From Macrostomum lignano (Eukaryota): DNA of 63,112 nucleotides. Below are positions 26,641 to 37,800 of the stretch, piece after piece; positions within the stretch are counted from its first letter, which is position 1, and each line of letters opens with the position of its first letter. The position numbers and the translations under genes were made by a program. Location: positions 1 through 63,112 of the forward strand of contig NIVC01004043.1 of assembly GCA_002269645.1 (NCBI GenBank), written 5' to 3'. The notes beneath the pieces are model-generated. The model saw nothing but the letters and a program-made list of their open reading frames with translations, was not told where the DNA came from and did not search any database.

Positions 26641-26710
26641 AGTGCCTATCGTGATCAAGCCATGCATAAAAACGAAATAATCACTTTTCTGACTCAAAAA
26701 TAGTCAACGA

Positions 26711-29700
26711 TCAGATAGTCACATAGCCTTGAGCTCGCTGTTTAACTCGCCTACCCAAACAACCGAACAGCACGGCAAATCCCAAGAATGCGGCGAACAT
26801 TATCAACAGAATGATAAACATGGGGAGCGAGAGCGACATCAGAGGCGATTCGGCGGGTATCAGACCGGACTGAAGTATCGTGTAGCCAAGCGACCAGCCC
26901 ACTTTGTTAGCTGACGTGGCCTGACAAAAGATTTGAGAAATTTTAAACACCAAATTAATTTTGTTAAAATTAAACATTATAAAGAAACAATAAAGTCCAC
27001 AAATTATAATTTTTGTGCCAGCCTTACCTGTTCGCCTGCACTTGTAGAATGATTGACAGTAATCTAAAATTAATTATTACAAATAGCAGCATGCATTAAA
27101 TTTTTGTGTAAAAAAGTTAGCTAGAATAGTAATTTAAAGTGCTGGTACCTCAACTACAGAAGCTTAAGGTGGACTCATTATTAAATTACCCGTTCTCCCA
27201 ATTGACTCAAGGTGGACTCATTATTAAATTACCCGTTCTCCCAATTGACTCAAGGTGGACTCATTATTAAAATCCTTATTCTACCAATCGACTTAAGGTG
27301 GACTCATTACTAAAATCCTCATTCTCCCAATCGACTTAAGGTGGACTCATTATTAAAATCCTCATTCTCCCAATCGACTCAAGGTGGACTCATTATTAAA
27401 ATCCTCATAAATTCTCCCAATCGACTCAAGGTGGACTCACTATTAAATTCCCCATTCCCCATTCGACTCAAGGTGGACTCATAATTTAAATCCTCAAATT
27501 CCCATTAGACCCAAGGTGGGCTCATTATTAAAATCCTCATAAATTCTCCTATTCGACTCAAGGTAACCCTATTATTAAAATCCCATTATCCCAGAAAAAA
27601 ATATGTATAAAACCCCCCAAACATACCGAGTCCTCAAACTCAAGCAGACCCCAGTTAGTCTCATTGAATCCATAGGCATTCAATAACGACAGAACGTACA
27701 CTCCATCAAAGCAGTACCATCTCAGGAAGCTATCGCTATAGCCAATGGATGCCACATATCTCTTCTGGCAGAAGGCTCTCACAGCATTAACAAACTGCAT
27801 TCGGTCGGATCCAATATTACTAGCGTTGAAAAATGACGCCACATAGTAGAAGCCGGAGAATGCCACAAACTTGCTAGCGGGCGCCGGTTGGAAAACGTCA
27901 TTAAACGAGCATGTGCTCTGATCGCAACTGGCGTTAAAAAATTTACCAACTAATTTTGAGCAGTTCTCATAGCTGCCAGTGCCCCGAATTGTGAAATTGA
28001 GTCTAGCAAGAACTGATGGCGGAGGCGGCGGAGGCTGCAGCTGCCAGCGATCAGAGCAGGGACGTTGAAATACGTCAGTTGCTCGGACAGTTGCTGTGTA
28101 GTCAGCCTGTGTGGTATGGCGGATTGGTGCAAGATCATCACTTTGATCTGATACTTCAGAGCGCTGAAACCATCTATAATTAAGGGCCATAAAAACTTCT
28201 ATAAACACTTATTGGTTCTGAAACTTCCAATACTTCAGGCTACTGAAACCGCCGATACTTCAGGCTACTGAAACCTGCGATACTTCAGGCTACTGAAACC
28301 GCCGATACTTCAGGCTACTGAAACCACCGATACTTCAGGCTACTGAAACCACCGATACTTCAGGGCTACAAAACCCCCCGATACTTCAGGGCTACAAAAC
28401 CCCCCGATACTTCAGGGCTACAAAACCCCCCGATACTCCAGGGCTATAAAACATCCGATACTCCAGGGCTACAAAACCCCCCGATACTCCAGGGCTATAA
28501 AACATCCGATACTCCAGGGCTACAAAACCCCCCGATACTTCAGGGCTATAAAACATCCGATACTCCAGGGCTACAAAACCCCCCGATACTCCAGGGCTAC
28601 AAAACCCCCCGATACTCCAGGGCTACAAAACCCCCCGATACTTCAGGGCTATAAAACATCCGATACTTCAGGGCTACAAAACCCCCCGATACTCCAGGGC
28701 TACAAAACCCCCCGATACTCCAGGGCTACAAAACCCCCCGATACTCCAGGGCTACAAAACCCCCCGATACTTCAGGGCTATAAAACATCCGATACTTCAG
28801 GGCTACAAAACCCCCCGATACTCCAGGGCTATAAAACATCCGATACTCCAGGGCTACAAAACCCCCCGATACTCCAGGGCTACAAAACCCCCCGATACTC
28901 CAGGGCTACAAAACCCCCCGATACTTCAGGGCTATAAAACATCCGATACTTCAGGGCTACAAAACCCCCCGATACTCCAGGGCTACAAACCCCCCCGATA
29001 CTTCAGGGCTATAAAACATCCGATACTTCAGGGCTACAAAACCCCCCGATACTCCAGGGCTACAAACCCCCCGATACTTCAGGGCTATAAAACATCCGAT
29101 ACTTCAGGGCTACAAAACATTTAATGCTTTAGAAGCAGACCCCTAAAAATGCTCACCTGCCAACAAGGTGTATTTATGACAGCCGAACTATTATAGCCAG
29201 CATTAGCAATAACGCTAGCCAGCATCCTGTTTTCAGCTTCAGCTTTACCGTAGCACAGGAAGCTATAAGCGTACACATTGTACACTTTGCCGTACAAACT
29301 CAACGGTACAATGTGAGTCTTTGATGATACCGAATCAGCTGGAGTGAAATTGGCAGCCGGAACGAATGCAATCTGAGTGCTGGCGCCGCCGAGGTCCAAG
29401 CTGCCAAAGGTGTCAAAATCGTTAGCTAGCTGACGGTAGCCAACAGATCTGGCCACTCGCGAGGTCAGCGAGGAAGAGGCGAAATCTCCGAAACTGTTCT
29501 ACAATTGAGTCAGTAGAAAAGTGATTTTTCGATACATATCGGCAATGAATAGCGATATTGCATACCTTGAGATAATTAACGCTAATCCAGGCGCCAACTG
29601 CTTCTTCTGCTCCGGTGATTATACGAATCTGTCCTGTAGCGTTGGATACTTTGTAAGCGAACTTGCTGGTTAGTACCTGCCGAGCTCCGTTCAATACTAA

Positions 29701-31706
29701 CTCTGCTGCTGTGCTGTTGACGGCGCTGCGGGTTTTTTGTGTGTCAAGTGGAATTCTTAGAATGATGGCGCCATGCGCAGCAACTGAGAATCTGGTATTG
29801 AGGCTGGCCCAGGAACTGAGGATCTGGGATCGAGGCTCAGCAACTGAGGATCTGGGAGGCTGGCCCAGCAACTGAGGATCTTGGGAGGCTGGCCCAGCAA
29901 CTGAGGATCTGGGAGGCTGGCCCAGCAACTGAAGATCTTGGGAGGCTGGCCCAGCAACTGAGGATCTGGGAGGCTGGCCTAGCAACTGAGGATCTTAGGA
30001 GGCTGGCCCAGCAACTGAGGATCTGGAGGCTGGCCCAGCAACTGAGGATCTTGGGAGGCTGGCCCAGCAACTGAGGATCTTGGGAGGCTGGCCCAGCAAC
30101 CGAGGATCTGGGAGGCTGGCCCAGCAACTGAGGATCTTGGGAGGCTGGCCAAGCAACTGAGGATCTTGGGAGGCTGGCCCAGCAACTGAGGATCTGGGAG
30201 GCTGGCCCAGCAACTGAGGATCTTAGGAGGCTGGCCCAGCAACTGAGGATCTAGGAGGCTGGCCCAGCAACTGAGGATCTGGGAGGCTGGCCTAGCAACT
30301 GAGGATCTTAGGAGGCTGGCCCAGCAACTGAGGATCTGGAGGCTGGCCCAGCAACTGAGAATCTGGAGGCTGGCACAGCAACTGAGAATCTGGAGGCTGG
30401 CACAGCAACTGAGAATCTGGAGGCTGGCCCAGTAACTGAGAATTTGGAGGCTGGCCCAGCAACTGAGGATCTGGGAAACAGGCCCAGCAACTGAAGATAT
30501 GGGACACTGACAGGAAACATGTCTAAATTCTACAAGGCTGGCCATAGATATCAAGTATCTAGGGCTCGAACCCATGATGACAGTTGGCAGCGGACAATGC
30601 CATTCACCTGTACATTCGCATGCCGGCAGTGGCGCCAAGGAACAGTTCAGATTTGGCTTTCCGATCCTCTGGCACCACGGAATCCAACGATCTTAGCGAC
30701 CATTCAATCTGGTTAATGCCTTGAGAACTTTCTATTGGAGCAGCTGCAAAAAATAATTCGACAATTTTTAGTATCTAATCTTAACTGGTTTCCAGTTTAT
30801 AAATATTTTATAAACAAAACGTACAAGAATTATTGGCTACTGCGCGTTGAGACACTACGCCATTTCCATTTGTCTTGGACGCTGGCCAGGTGTAGATGTA
30901 CACTTTGGATGAGCTGGACCCGGCGTCGATAATGACTCCGTACTGTGGGTGCGAGCGGTGACGAGATAATTATCCAGTGACAAGTTTAGGATTACAGTAT
31001 CAGTAACATTCTAACAACACGAAGATCTGGAATCAGTGACATTCTAACAACACGAAGATCTGGAATCAGTGACATTCTAAACACAAATATCTGGAATCAG
31101 TGACATTCTAAACACGCAAAGATCTGGAATCAGTGACATTCTAAACACAAATATCTGGAATCAGTGACATTCTAAACACAAATATCTGGAATCAGTGACA
31201 TTTTAAACACAAATATCTGGAATCGGTGACATTCTAAACACGCAAATATCTGGAATCAGTGACATTCTAAACACAAATATCTGGAATCAGTGACATTCTA
31301 AACACAAATATCTGGAATCAGTGACATTTTAAACACAAATATCTGGAATCGGTGACATTCCAAACTGAAGCATCTGAGATCAGTGACATCCCAAATCGAA
31401 GCATCTGGAATCAGTGACATCCCAAACAAAAAGCAGCTGGAATCAGTGACATCCCAAACCGAGTCATCTGGAATCAGACATCCCAAAATGAATCACATGG
31501 AATTAGTGACATTCCAAACCTAAACAGGGGACCAGTGGCCCTGGTTTTTAATCTCACCGCATCAATAGGCTGATTGCCAATGACAAACATTGTAATGATG
31601 GCGGCAGCACCGAACAGGCCAATAGCCAGTGCGGCCGCAGCTAAGATCCACCAATTAGAAGCCGAGTCCCTGGCCAGCACCGGTTCGGGGGGCGGAGGCG
31701 GCGGAT
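26711..31706 (-). CDS. ENTPD: Ectonucleoside triphosphate diphosphohydrolase (GDA1/CD39 family, two-TM cell-surface type). Exons 31706-31558, 30942-30825, 30743-30608, 29725-29566, 29498-29157, 28106-27627, 26920-26711
   Basis: All five apyrase conserved regions: ACR1 YGVIIDAGSSSS, ACR2 FLGATAGMR, ACR3 ITGAEEAVGAWISVNY, ACR4 SLDLGGASTQ, ACR5 GWSLGY. N- and C-terminal TM helices and many N-glycosylation sequons. Every junction is GT-AG with matching phase (0,1,2,0,0,0). Family is certain; the orthologue is not assigned. Confidence 0.93.
27160..27590. repeat. Minisatellite, about 40-45 bp unit TCAAGGTGGACTCATTATTAAAATCCTCATTCTCCCAATCGAC, in the last NTPDase intron
   Basis: About 10 imperfect copies. 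Confidence 0.9.
28225..29120. repeat. Minisatellite, 26-27 bp unit GATACT(T/C)CAGGGCTA(C/T)AAAAC(CCCCC/ATCC), NTPDase intron
   Basis: Tandem repeats. Confidence 0.95.
29795..30500. repeat. Minisatellite, 27-29 bp unit GAGGATCTGGGAGGCTGGCCCAGCAACT, NTPDase intron
   Basis: Tandem repeats. Confidence 0.95.
31020..31520. repeat. Minisatellite, 30-32 bp unit ATCTGGAATCAGTGACATTCTAAACACAAAT, NTPDase intron
   Basis: Tandem repeats, degenerating toward 31500. Confidence 0.9.
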
Positions 31707-32091
31707 CTGCAGTTTAGCAATGAGACGGGATAAACAAAGATGAATCTCGTATGACAGATATTCAGATATTCAGGCGCTAATCAAGACTTCAAGACTAAAT
31801 CGTCTCTAGCCTGTCGTCGCTTGTCGTCACAGTGCCGTCGCTGCAATTTTTTCCCAGCGGGGCTGAAAATTAACGGCCCTGAGGGCCAACCCCCAAGTAC
31901 ATGGCTGACGATAAATAAAGTTAGGGCCGCTGTACACTCCTGTGTGAGTGTGTGCCTGTGCGTATGGCTGCGTACGTATCCGCGCGCACTAGTGTGCATG
32001 CTCAGGGTAGTCGGCGGAATGGGCAGTAATAATGGGCCTCTAACTAAAGCCAAAGTGCTTGAAGCTGCCTGCAAACTAACTGAACCCTCAC

Positions 32092-32347
32092 CAGAGTCGA
32101 AGGCATAGATAACGTCGCCATCAGACAGGCCAGCAGCAGCCAATGTCAAGTCCAATGCCAGCTCGCTATGCAAATCGTTGCGCAGTGACAAAGTTGGCAA
32201 TCTTCGAATTCTCATATGAGAGCAGAATTCGTCAAGAAGAGAGTCGAGAGTTCGATCAACGCCCAGACGCAGGTGCACCCGACCAGCAGCTTGACTGTAG
32301 GCCAAGTCGCACTTAACCGTGATGCTTATCACACCACCGCCTTGCAT
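32092..32347 (-). CDS. Ubiquitin-like (beta-grasp) domain exon, predicted first coding exon of the NTPDase gene
   Basis: MQGGGVISITVKC..GRVHLRLGVDRTLDSLLDEFCSHMRI..LSL..ELALDLTLAAAGLSDGDVIYAF follows the Ubl pattern (strand, strand, T-I/L helix, D-x-T-L..G-L-x-D-G-D-x-I). Ends in a phase-1 donor TCT G|GTGAGG at 32092/32091. Confidence 0.7.
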
Positions 32348-33109
32348 TTCAGTATTAGTTTATCCTGTCTTTTTAACAATACACAATTTCTATGCTTTTA
32401 ATAAGCTAAAGAATCAACTGCAAAAGTTTGTTATTTACAGTGTAAACATCAAATTTAGAAGATAGCTAAGTTTTACATGATATTGCATTATATATTGGTC
32501 TTTATCAATGCAAAATAGGCCACAGCAAACAGTACTCTACCACTGTGTGACTTTGTAGATACTATTTTATGAGCTAAAATTAAGGCATCAACTACATTGT
32601 CTATGCTTGTTTTTGTTTCTAAGAAAAAATATTATTGCCATTCTAACTTTCTAGATTATATTAACTCTAGGGTAATGCAAAGTCTACTGGAGGAATTTGA
32701 ATAGATTCTTCCCAGTGGACTAACCAAAGGAAGAAAAGAAGGTTAGTTGCCCCTCTCCCCTAAGGCTAAGACTTGAGATATGAAACTTTCAAGGTTATTT
32801 AAATCTAGAATGAAATATTCTACTTACACTAAAATTATTTTGATATGATAGTTCTAGATTTTCAACAAACATAGCTATTAGTCAAGAATTTTTTGTTTTA
32901 TATCATGTCCATAAACCATAGGTACTAGAGTTCTATTGTAGCTATGGATACAGCTATAGGATGTTACAGATATCGAGGTTCTTTGGCAAAGCATATTAGC
33001 ATATCGAAGCTATTGATTTGATAGGATCAGGGTAGTAAAAAAGAATGTTGCCAGTTTCAAAGTGAGAAGAACTTATAAGTCCCTGGAATTTAGGACTTAA
33101 GCATCAAAA

Positions 33110-33600
33110 TAGATTGTCAATGCCATGTCCACATTGTGGTTAGGTGGCAGAGGCTAAAGTTAAGATGAATGTTTTCATTTTCCAAGGGGGCTCTAAAGCC
33201 CTTGCATGGATTTAGGGACTTAGCAATAGGTTCAATGCCATATGCATGCTCTGGTTGGGTGGTATGGGACTAATGTTAAGATGAATGTCTTTACTTTCAA
33301 TGTAAAAAGAGCTTTTAAGTTACTAGGGTTGGGCACTTAAATCACAGAGTTTTGCTACCATGTGCATGTTTGGGTTGGGTGGTGGGACTCAAATTAAGAT
33401 AAATGATGTCACTTTCAAGGGAAGCTCTTAAGTCCCTAGGGCCAAGGACAGATGGGGTTAGGATATTGGGGGCTAAATTTAAGATAAATGTTTTCACTTT
33501 CAATGTGAGAGGAGCTTTTAAGTCTTTAGAATTGGGGACTCAGGCAACAAAGACAAAATTTTTTCGATATTACAAGTATATTGAGGTTAAAATAGGGGGA
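33110..33600. repeat. Old degenerate tandem repeat, about 115-120 bp period (GGTTGGGTGGT..GTTAAGATGAATGTTTTCA..TTTCAA)
   Basis: Motif recurs near 33140, 33255, 33375 and 33480. Confidence 0.55.
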
Positions 33601-33959
33601 GGGGAGGTTAAAGCTCAGGGAATCAAAAACATTTTTGACACTATATACACATTGTAGTTAGAATAGTAGGGGCTTAAGTTAAGATGAATTAAGCCAATAG
33701 GGAAGCTGCCTAGCATCTGCTACTATCAAATAAGGCTAGATTGCAAGAGGCTTCTTGGAAACCAACCAATAAGTAGGCCATCTCTGTTGCAAAAAAATCT
33801 TGGCAAGAATTGGCTACTTTTTTTACTTTAGTTACTTAAACAATATAAAAAGAGATAGAAAGGAGAGAAGGGAAACAGGAGAGAAAGAGAAAGTAGTGAG
33901 AAAGGGAAAAAGGGAATGAAAAAAGAGAAAGCATGTCGTCAATGTCGTCAATCAGCAAA

Positions 33960-34260
33960 ATCTGAGCGCAGCATCTCATGAAGGAGAACTTGGCAAGTCA
34001 ATGCTTCTAGGCTCCCACGACAAGCAAAGATTTGTCCATGCAGCAGCTTCTTCCTCTTTGGAAAGAAGGCAAAGTCAGCTGTTGACAAATCTAGAGAATA
34101 GGGTGGCAGTGAGAGCAGCACAAAATTTGCCTGCTCGATTGTCTCCTCTGTTTTCTTGGTCATGTGGGAGGTGCATTGTTGACATGCACAGCCGATGACA
34201 GAAGTGTGCAGCACACCTAGTGGTGACTATGTGGAGAAGCCTTAGGACAATGTTGATTAA
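33960..34260 (-). mobile_element. Degenerate mariner/Tc1 transposase fragment (catalytic-domain C-terminus)
   Basis: SHMTKKTEETIEQANFVLLSLPPYSLDLSTADFAFFPKRKKLLHGQIF matches the mariner pattern PH..T..L....vL.HPPYSPDLAPsDF.LFPKLK..L.G..F. Confidence 0.75.
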
Positions 34261-34606
34261 CTTTTAACTGTTCTTTCCTCAGCTTTTATGTTGCGCATGT
34301 TTTATTGATTTGTTGAATGTTTTGTTTTGTGCATCAGGAAAGCTTTAGTCTATGGAAATTTGTAAAAGTAGCACAAGGGGTGGGGCAGAAAAGTGCTCAT
34401 ATCTCAAGAATGCCAGCAGATACAGAAATAAACAGAAAGTCATTTTAATGGGTAGATAATTCTTTTTTCAACTGCAACAGACTTAATATTTCTGATTGGT
34501 GAGAAAAGGCTGTAGTGAAGAAAGTGCACTGACTTTAGGGACAGCCCTCATAGATAGACTTACTATAAGAATTTTTTAAGATATGGCTATAGATATGGAT
34601 ACAGAA

Positions 34607-34767
34607 TGTTATGTTATGATAGACTCATAGACTCATTCTCTGTGTGTTTGATTTATGTCTATGGACACAACTAATAAACGAGTGTTAAAGAGCACTTATA
34701 ACTACACAGCTGCTCTATATCCATACAAGCATCTAGAAACATAAGACTTCTGTGTCGCAACACAACA
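34607..34767 (+). repeat. Putative 5' LTR (about 160 bp) of the gypsy element
   Basis: Starts TGTTAT, ends ACAACA, contains AATAAA at 34673 and is followed immediately by a PBS. Start position uncertain (34607 or 34612) because there is no second LTR to compare. Confidence 0.6.
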
Positions 34768-34781
34768 TGGTGTCAGAGGTG
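34768..34781 (+). promoter_or_regulatory. Primer-binding site TGGTGTCAGAGGTG (tRNA-Leu-like)
   Basis: TGG start directly after ..CA; resembles the complement of the tRNA-Leu(CAA) 3' end TGGTGTCAGAAGTG. Confidence 0.7.
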
Positions 34782-34848
34782 CACTTGTGAAGAGCTCTGG
34801 ATTTGAATTGTCAAATGCAGTACTGTGCTCAACTGGATCTGGATTCAA

Positions 34849-37800
34849 ATGGATGGCGGGCTCAAACCCCCAAAGCCATTCTGCTTTGATGAGCACAAGG
34901 CGGAAAACTGGAGTAAATGGATTTCTGCGTTTGAGCTCTATATGACTGCAACCAAGCGTGACGAATCACCGGCTAAAGTACAAATAGCGACACTGCTAAC
35001 AGCCATCGGAGAAGAAGGTCGTGAGATTTATTCAACTTTCAAGAAATCGGAAGGAGACGAAGAGCTGTCGAAAGTGACAAAACTGTTCGAAGAATATTGC
35101 AAGCCGAGTGCGAACGAAACTTTCGAGCGCTACAAATTTTGGCAACGCAGGCAGAATGAGCATGAGAGCATTGACTCATTCGTCAGCGGCCTGAAACAAC
35201 TTATCAAGACATGCTCATTCGAGAAGCCAGCCTACGAATTGACGGTGAACGAATCAATAATCAGAGATCAGATTGTCCTCGGAATCAGAGACACAGAGTT
35301 GCGAGAACGGCTTCTACGTGAGCAGGAGTTGATGCTAGATAAGGCTATATCTATCTGCCGTGCAAGTGAATCATCAAAGACCCAAGTGCGGATCATGACG
35401 GGAAACACCTCCGGAGAGATTTCGAAATACATCCAGAAAGAAGTCAATTCTGTTGTGAAGCCTCGCTCAACAGGCAGACCAGATCTCAAGTACAAGGAGA
35501 GACGACCGAACAAAAGGTTTGGGTCCAATGGAAAGCCGATGGTAGGAAAGTCGGAGGGTTGCTCATTCTGTGGTAAGAAACACAAGAAAGGTTCATGCCC
35601 TGCATATGGCAAGACGTGCAAATCTTGCGGAAAGCAAAACCACTTCAGCAACGTTTGTCGGAATAAGACCGTAAGAGCCTTGGATCGAAATACAAATGAA
35701 AGCTCAGAATCTGATCGTCAAGATTCGTGGGTCATGTCAGCATCTCTGCGACCGGGTGGCAACGACAGAGACAGTAGAACAACTGTTGGTATCAAAATCG
35801 AAGGTCAGCTGGTGAATTGCAAATGCGACACAGGAGCGGACGCAAATGTACTCCCTGAACATCTGCTTAGGCGGATTGCACCAAACACGTCGATACAAGC
35901 AACGTCTTGCAGACTCTTTTGCTATAAAAGGTCGCGCCTAACAGTCGCAGGGAAGGTACAATTGAAACTGGAATATGAAGGAGTCAAGCATGAAAATGAA
36001 TTTATTGTGATTAAAGAGAGGCTCATTCCACTCATCGGATGGAAAACTGCAGAAGAGATAGGCCTGGTGAAATTCAACTTCGGAGTTTCTGTTCAACCTA
36101 AAGGGTTTAAGTCCACGTGGACAGATGAAAGATTTCTTCGAGAGTATCCCGATGTCTTTGAAGGAACAGGTTGCTTACCTGGGAGTTATCACATCAGCCT
36201 GCGCGATGACAAAGAATCTTGGATGGATCGCCCTCGAAGAATCCCGTTTGCAGCAATGCAACCTTTGAAGGCTGAATTAGATCACCTGGTTTCGGATGGA
36301 CTCATCACCAAGTGTGATGAGCCCACGAAGTATGTTTCAAATGTGGTCGTCGTCTAGAAGGCAGACAAGACTATACGTCTTTGCCTAGACTCTCAGCATC
36401 TGAATGCCAACATAATGAGAGAGCAGTATCAGATACCGTCTTATGACGAAATTATTGCAGAAATTGGAAACGCTGCTCTGTTCTCAACTTTTGATGCGAC
36501 TGCGAGTTTTCACCAGATTGCATTGGATTATGAAAGTTTGTTGATGACGTGCTTTCACACACCTTTTGGACGATATCGTTGGCTGAGAATGCTCTATGGA
36601 ATTTGTTCCGCATCGGAAGTCTACCAGAAGCGAGTTCGGGAGGAGATCTCGGACAAGATCAGAAACTGCAACAATTTTATTGACGACTTCATTGTTTGGG
36701 GCAAGACTGTTGAAGAACACAATGAAGCTGTGAGGCAGCTTATGGAAATGTGCCATGCAAAGAATTTGCGCCTGAATTATAAAAATCGGAAAGTCGGATT
36801 GAAGGAGTTGAAATTCCTCGGCAACATACTTTCGCACACTGGAATTAAAGTCGACCCAGACAAAGTAAAAGCAATGCGCGATATGCCCCGACCAGATACT
36901 CTATCCGGCAATTTGAGAAAGCAGCAACTTATGCGATTTCTAGGATGTGCAAATTTTTTGTCCAAATTCATTTTGGATCTGTCATCTAAGGCAGCACCGC
37001 TATGCACATTGCTGACGAAGAATGCTCAGTGGAACTGGACAAATGAACACAAAAAAGCGTACGAATCAATTTTGCAGAGTCTTTGCGACGCACCAGTCTT
37101 AGCTCGCTATAACCCGAATGCACCACTTACTCTGTCAGTCGATGCTAGTCAACACAGTCTCGGAGCAACTATCCTGCAAGATGGACACCCGCTGGAATAC
37201 GCTTTGTCATCACTGACGCCATCCCAATGGAAGTATGCTCAGATCGAAAAGGAACTTTTGGCTATTGTGTTTGGCTGCAAGCGATTCCACCAGTACGTCT
37301 GGGGACACAAGGTAACGGTCGAGAGCGACCACAAGCCACTAGAGAACATCTTCCGGAAGCCAATTTCAACTCTTACAGCAAGATTGCAGAGACTGATGCT
37401 ACTAGTTCAGAAGTACAACCTGCACATTATATATGTTCCCGGTAAAGACTTGCACATTCCAGACACTCTAAGCCGCGCTTTCTTAAAGAACGTACATGCC
37501 TCTAAACAACTCGAAGATGACATTGAAGGTCATGTGCTCGGTGTTAGAATGTCGGTTGGATTCCCAGAACTGATGCAGAAACTGGAAAATGAAACGGCAA
37601 AGGACTCAACACTGCAACAACTCGCTGAGATCATCGGTGTTGGTTGGCCTCACCACAGAAGCCAGCTTGTGACTGAGCTTCGTTGCTTCTGGAACGTCAG
37701 ACATGATCTGACTGCGCATGGCAATCTGATCTGGATGAAGAACCGAATAGTCGTTCCAAACTCAATGAGAATGGAAGTGCTACAGAAGCTGCATACTGGA

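Noticed and set aside
24174-26703. Repetitive ORFs including Gly/Tyr-rich (SQGYSGGI)n
   Set aside because: Although structural-protein-like, they coincide exactly with 23-31 bp DNA arrays, and several frames are equally open
29757-30638. Overlapping LLGQPP/SSVAGPAS ORFs
   Set aside because: Intronic minisatellite between NTPDase exons
31781-32091. C-terminal half of ORF 31781..32347 as coding
   Set aside because: After the GTGAGG donor it becomes low-complexity (CA-repeat SHTHRHT); interpreted as intron read-through
36355-36357. Programmed stop-codon readthrough in the gypsy ORF
   Set aside because: The stop lies inside RT rather than at the gag-pol boundary and replaces a normally basic residue; a nonsense substitution is simpler
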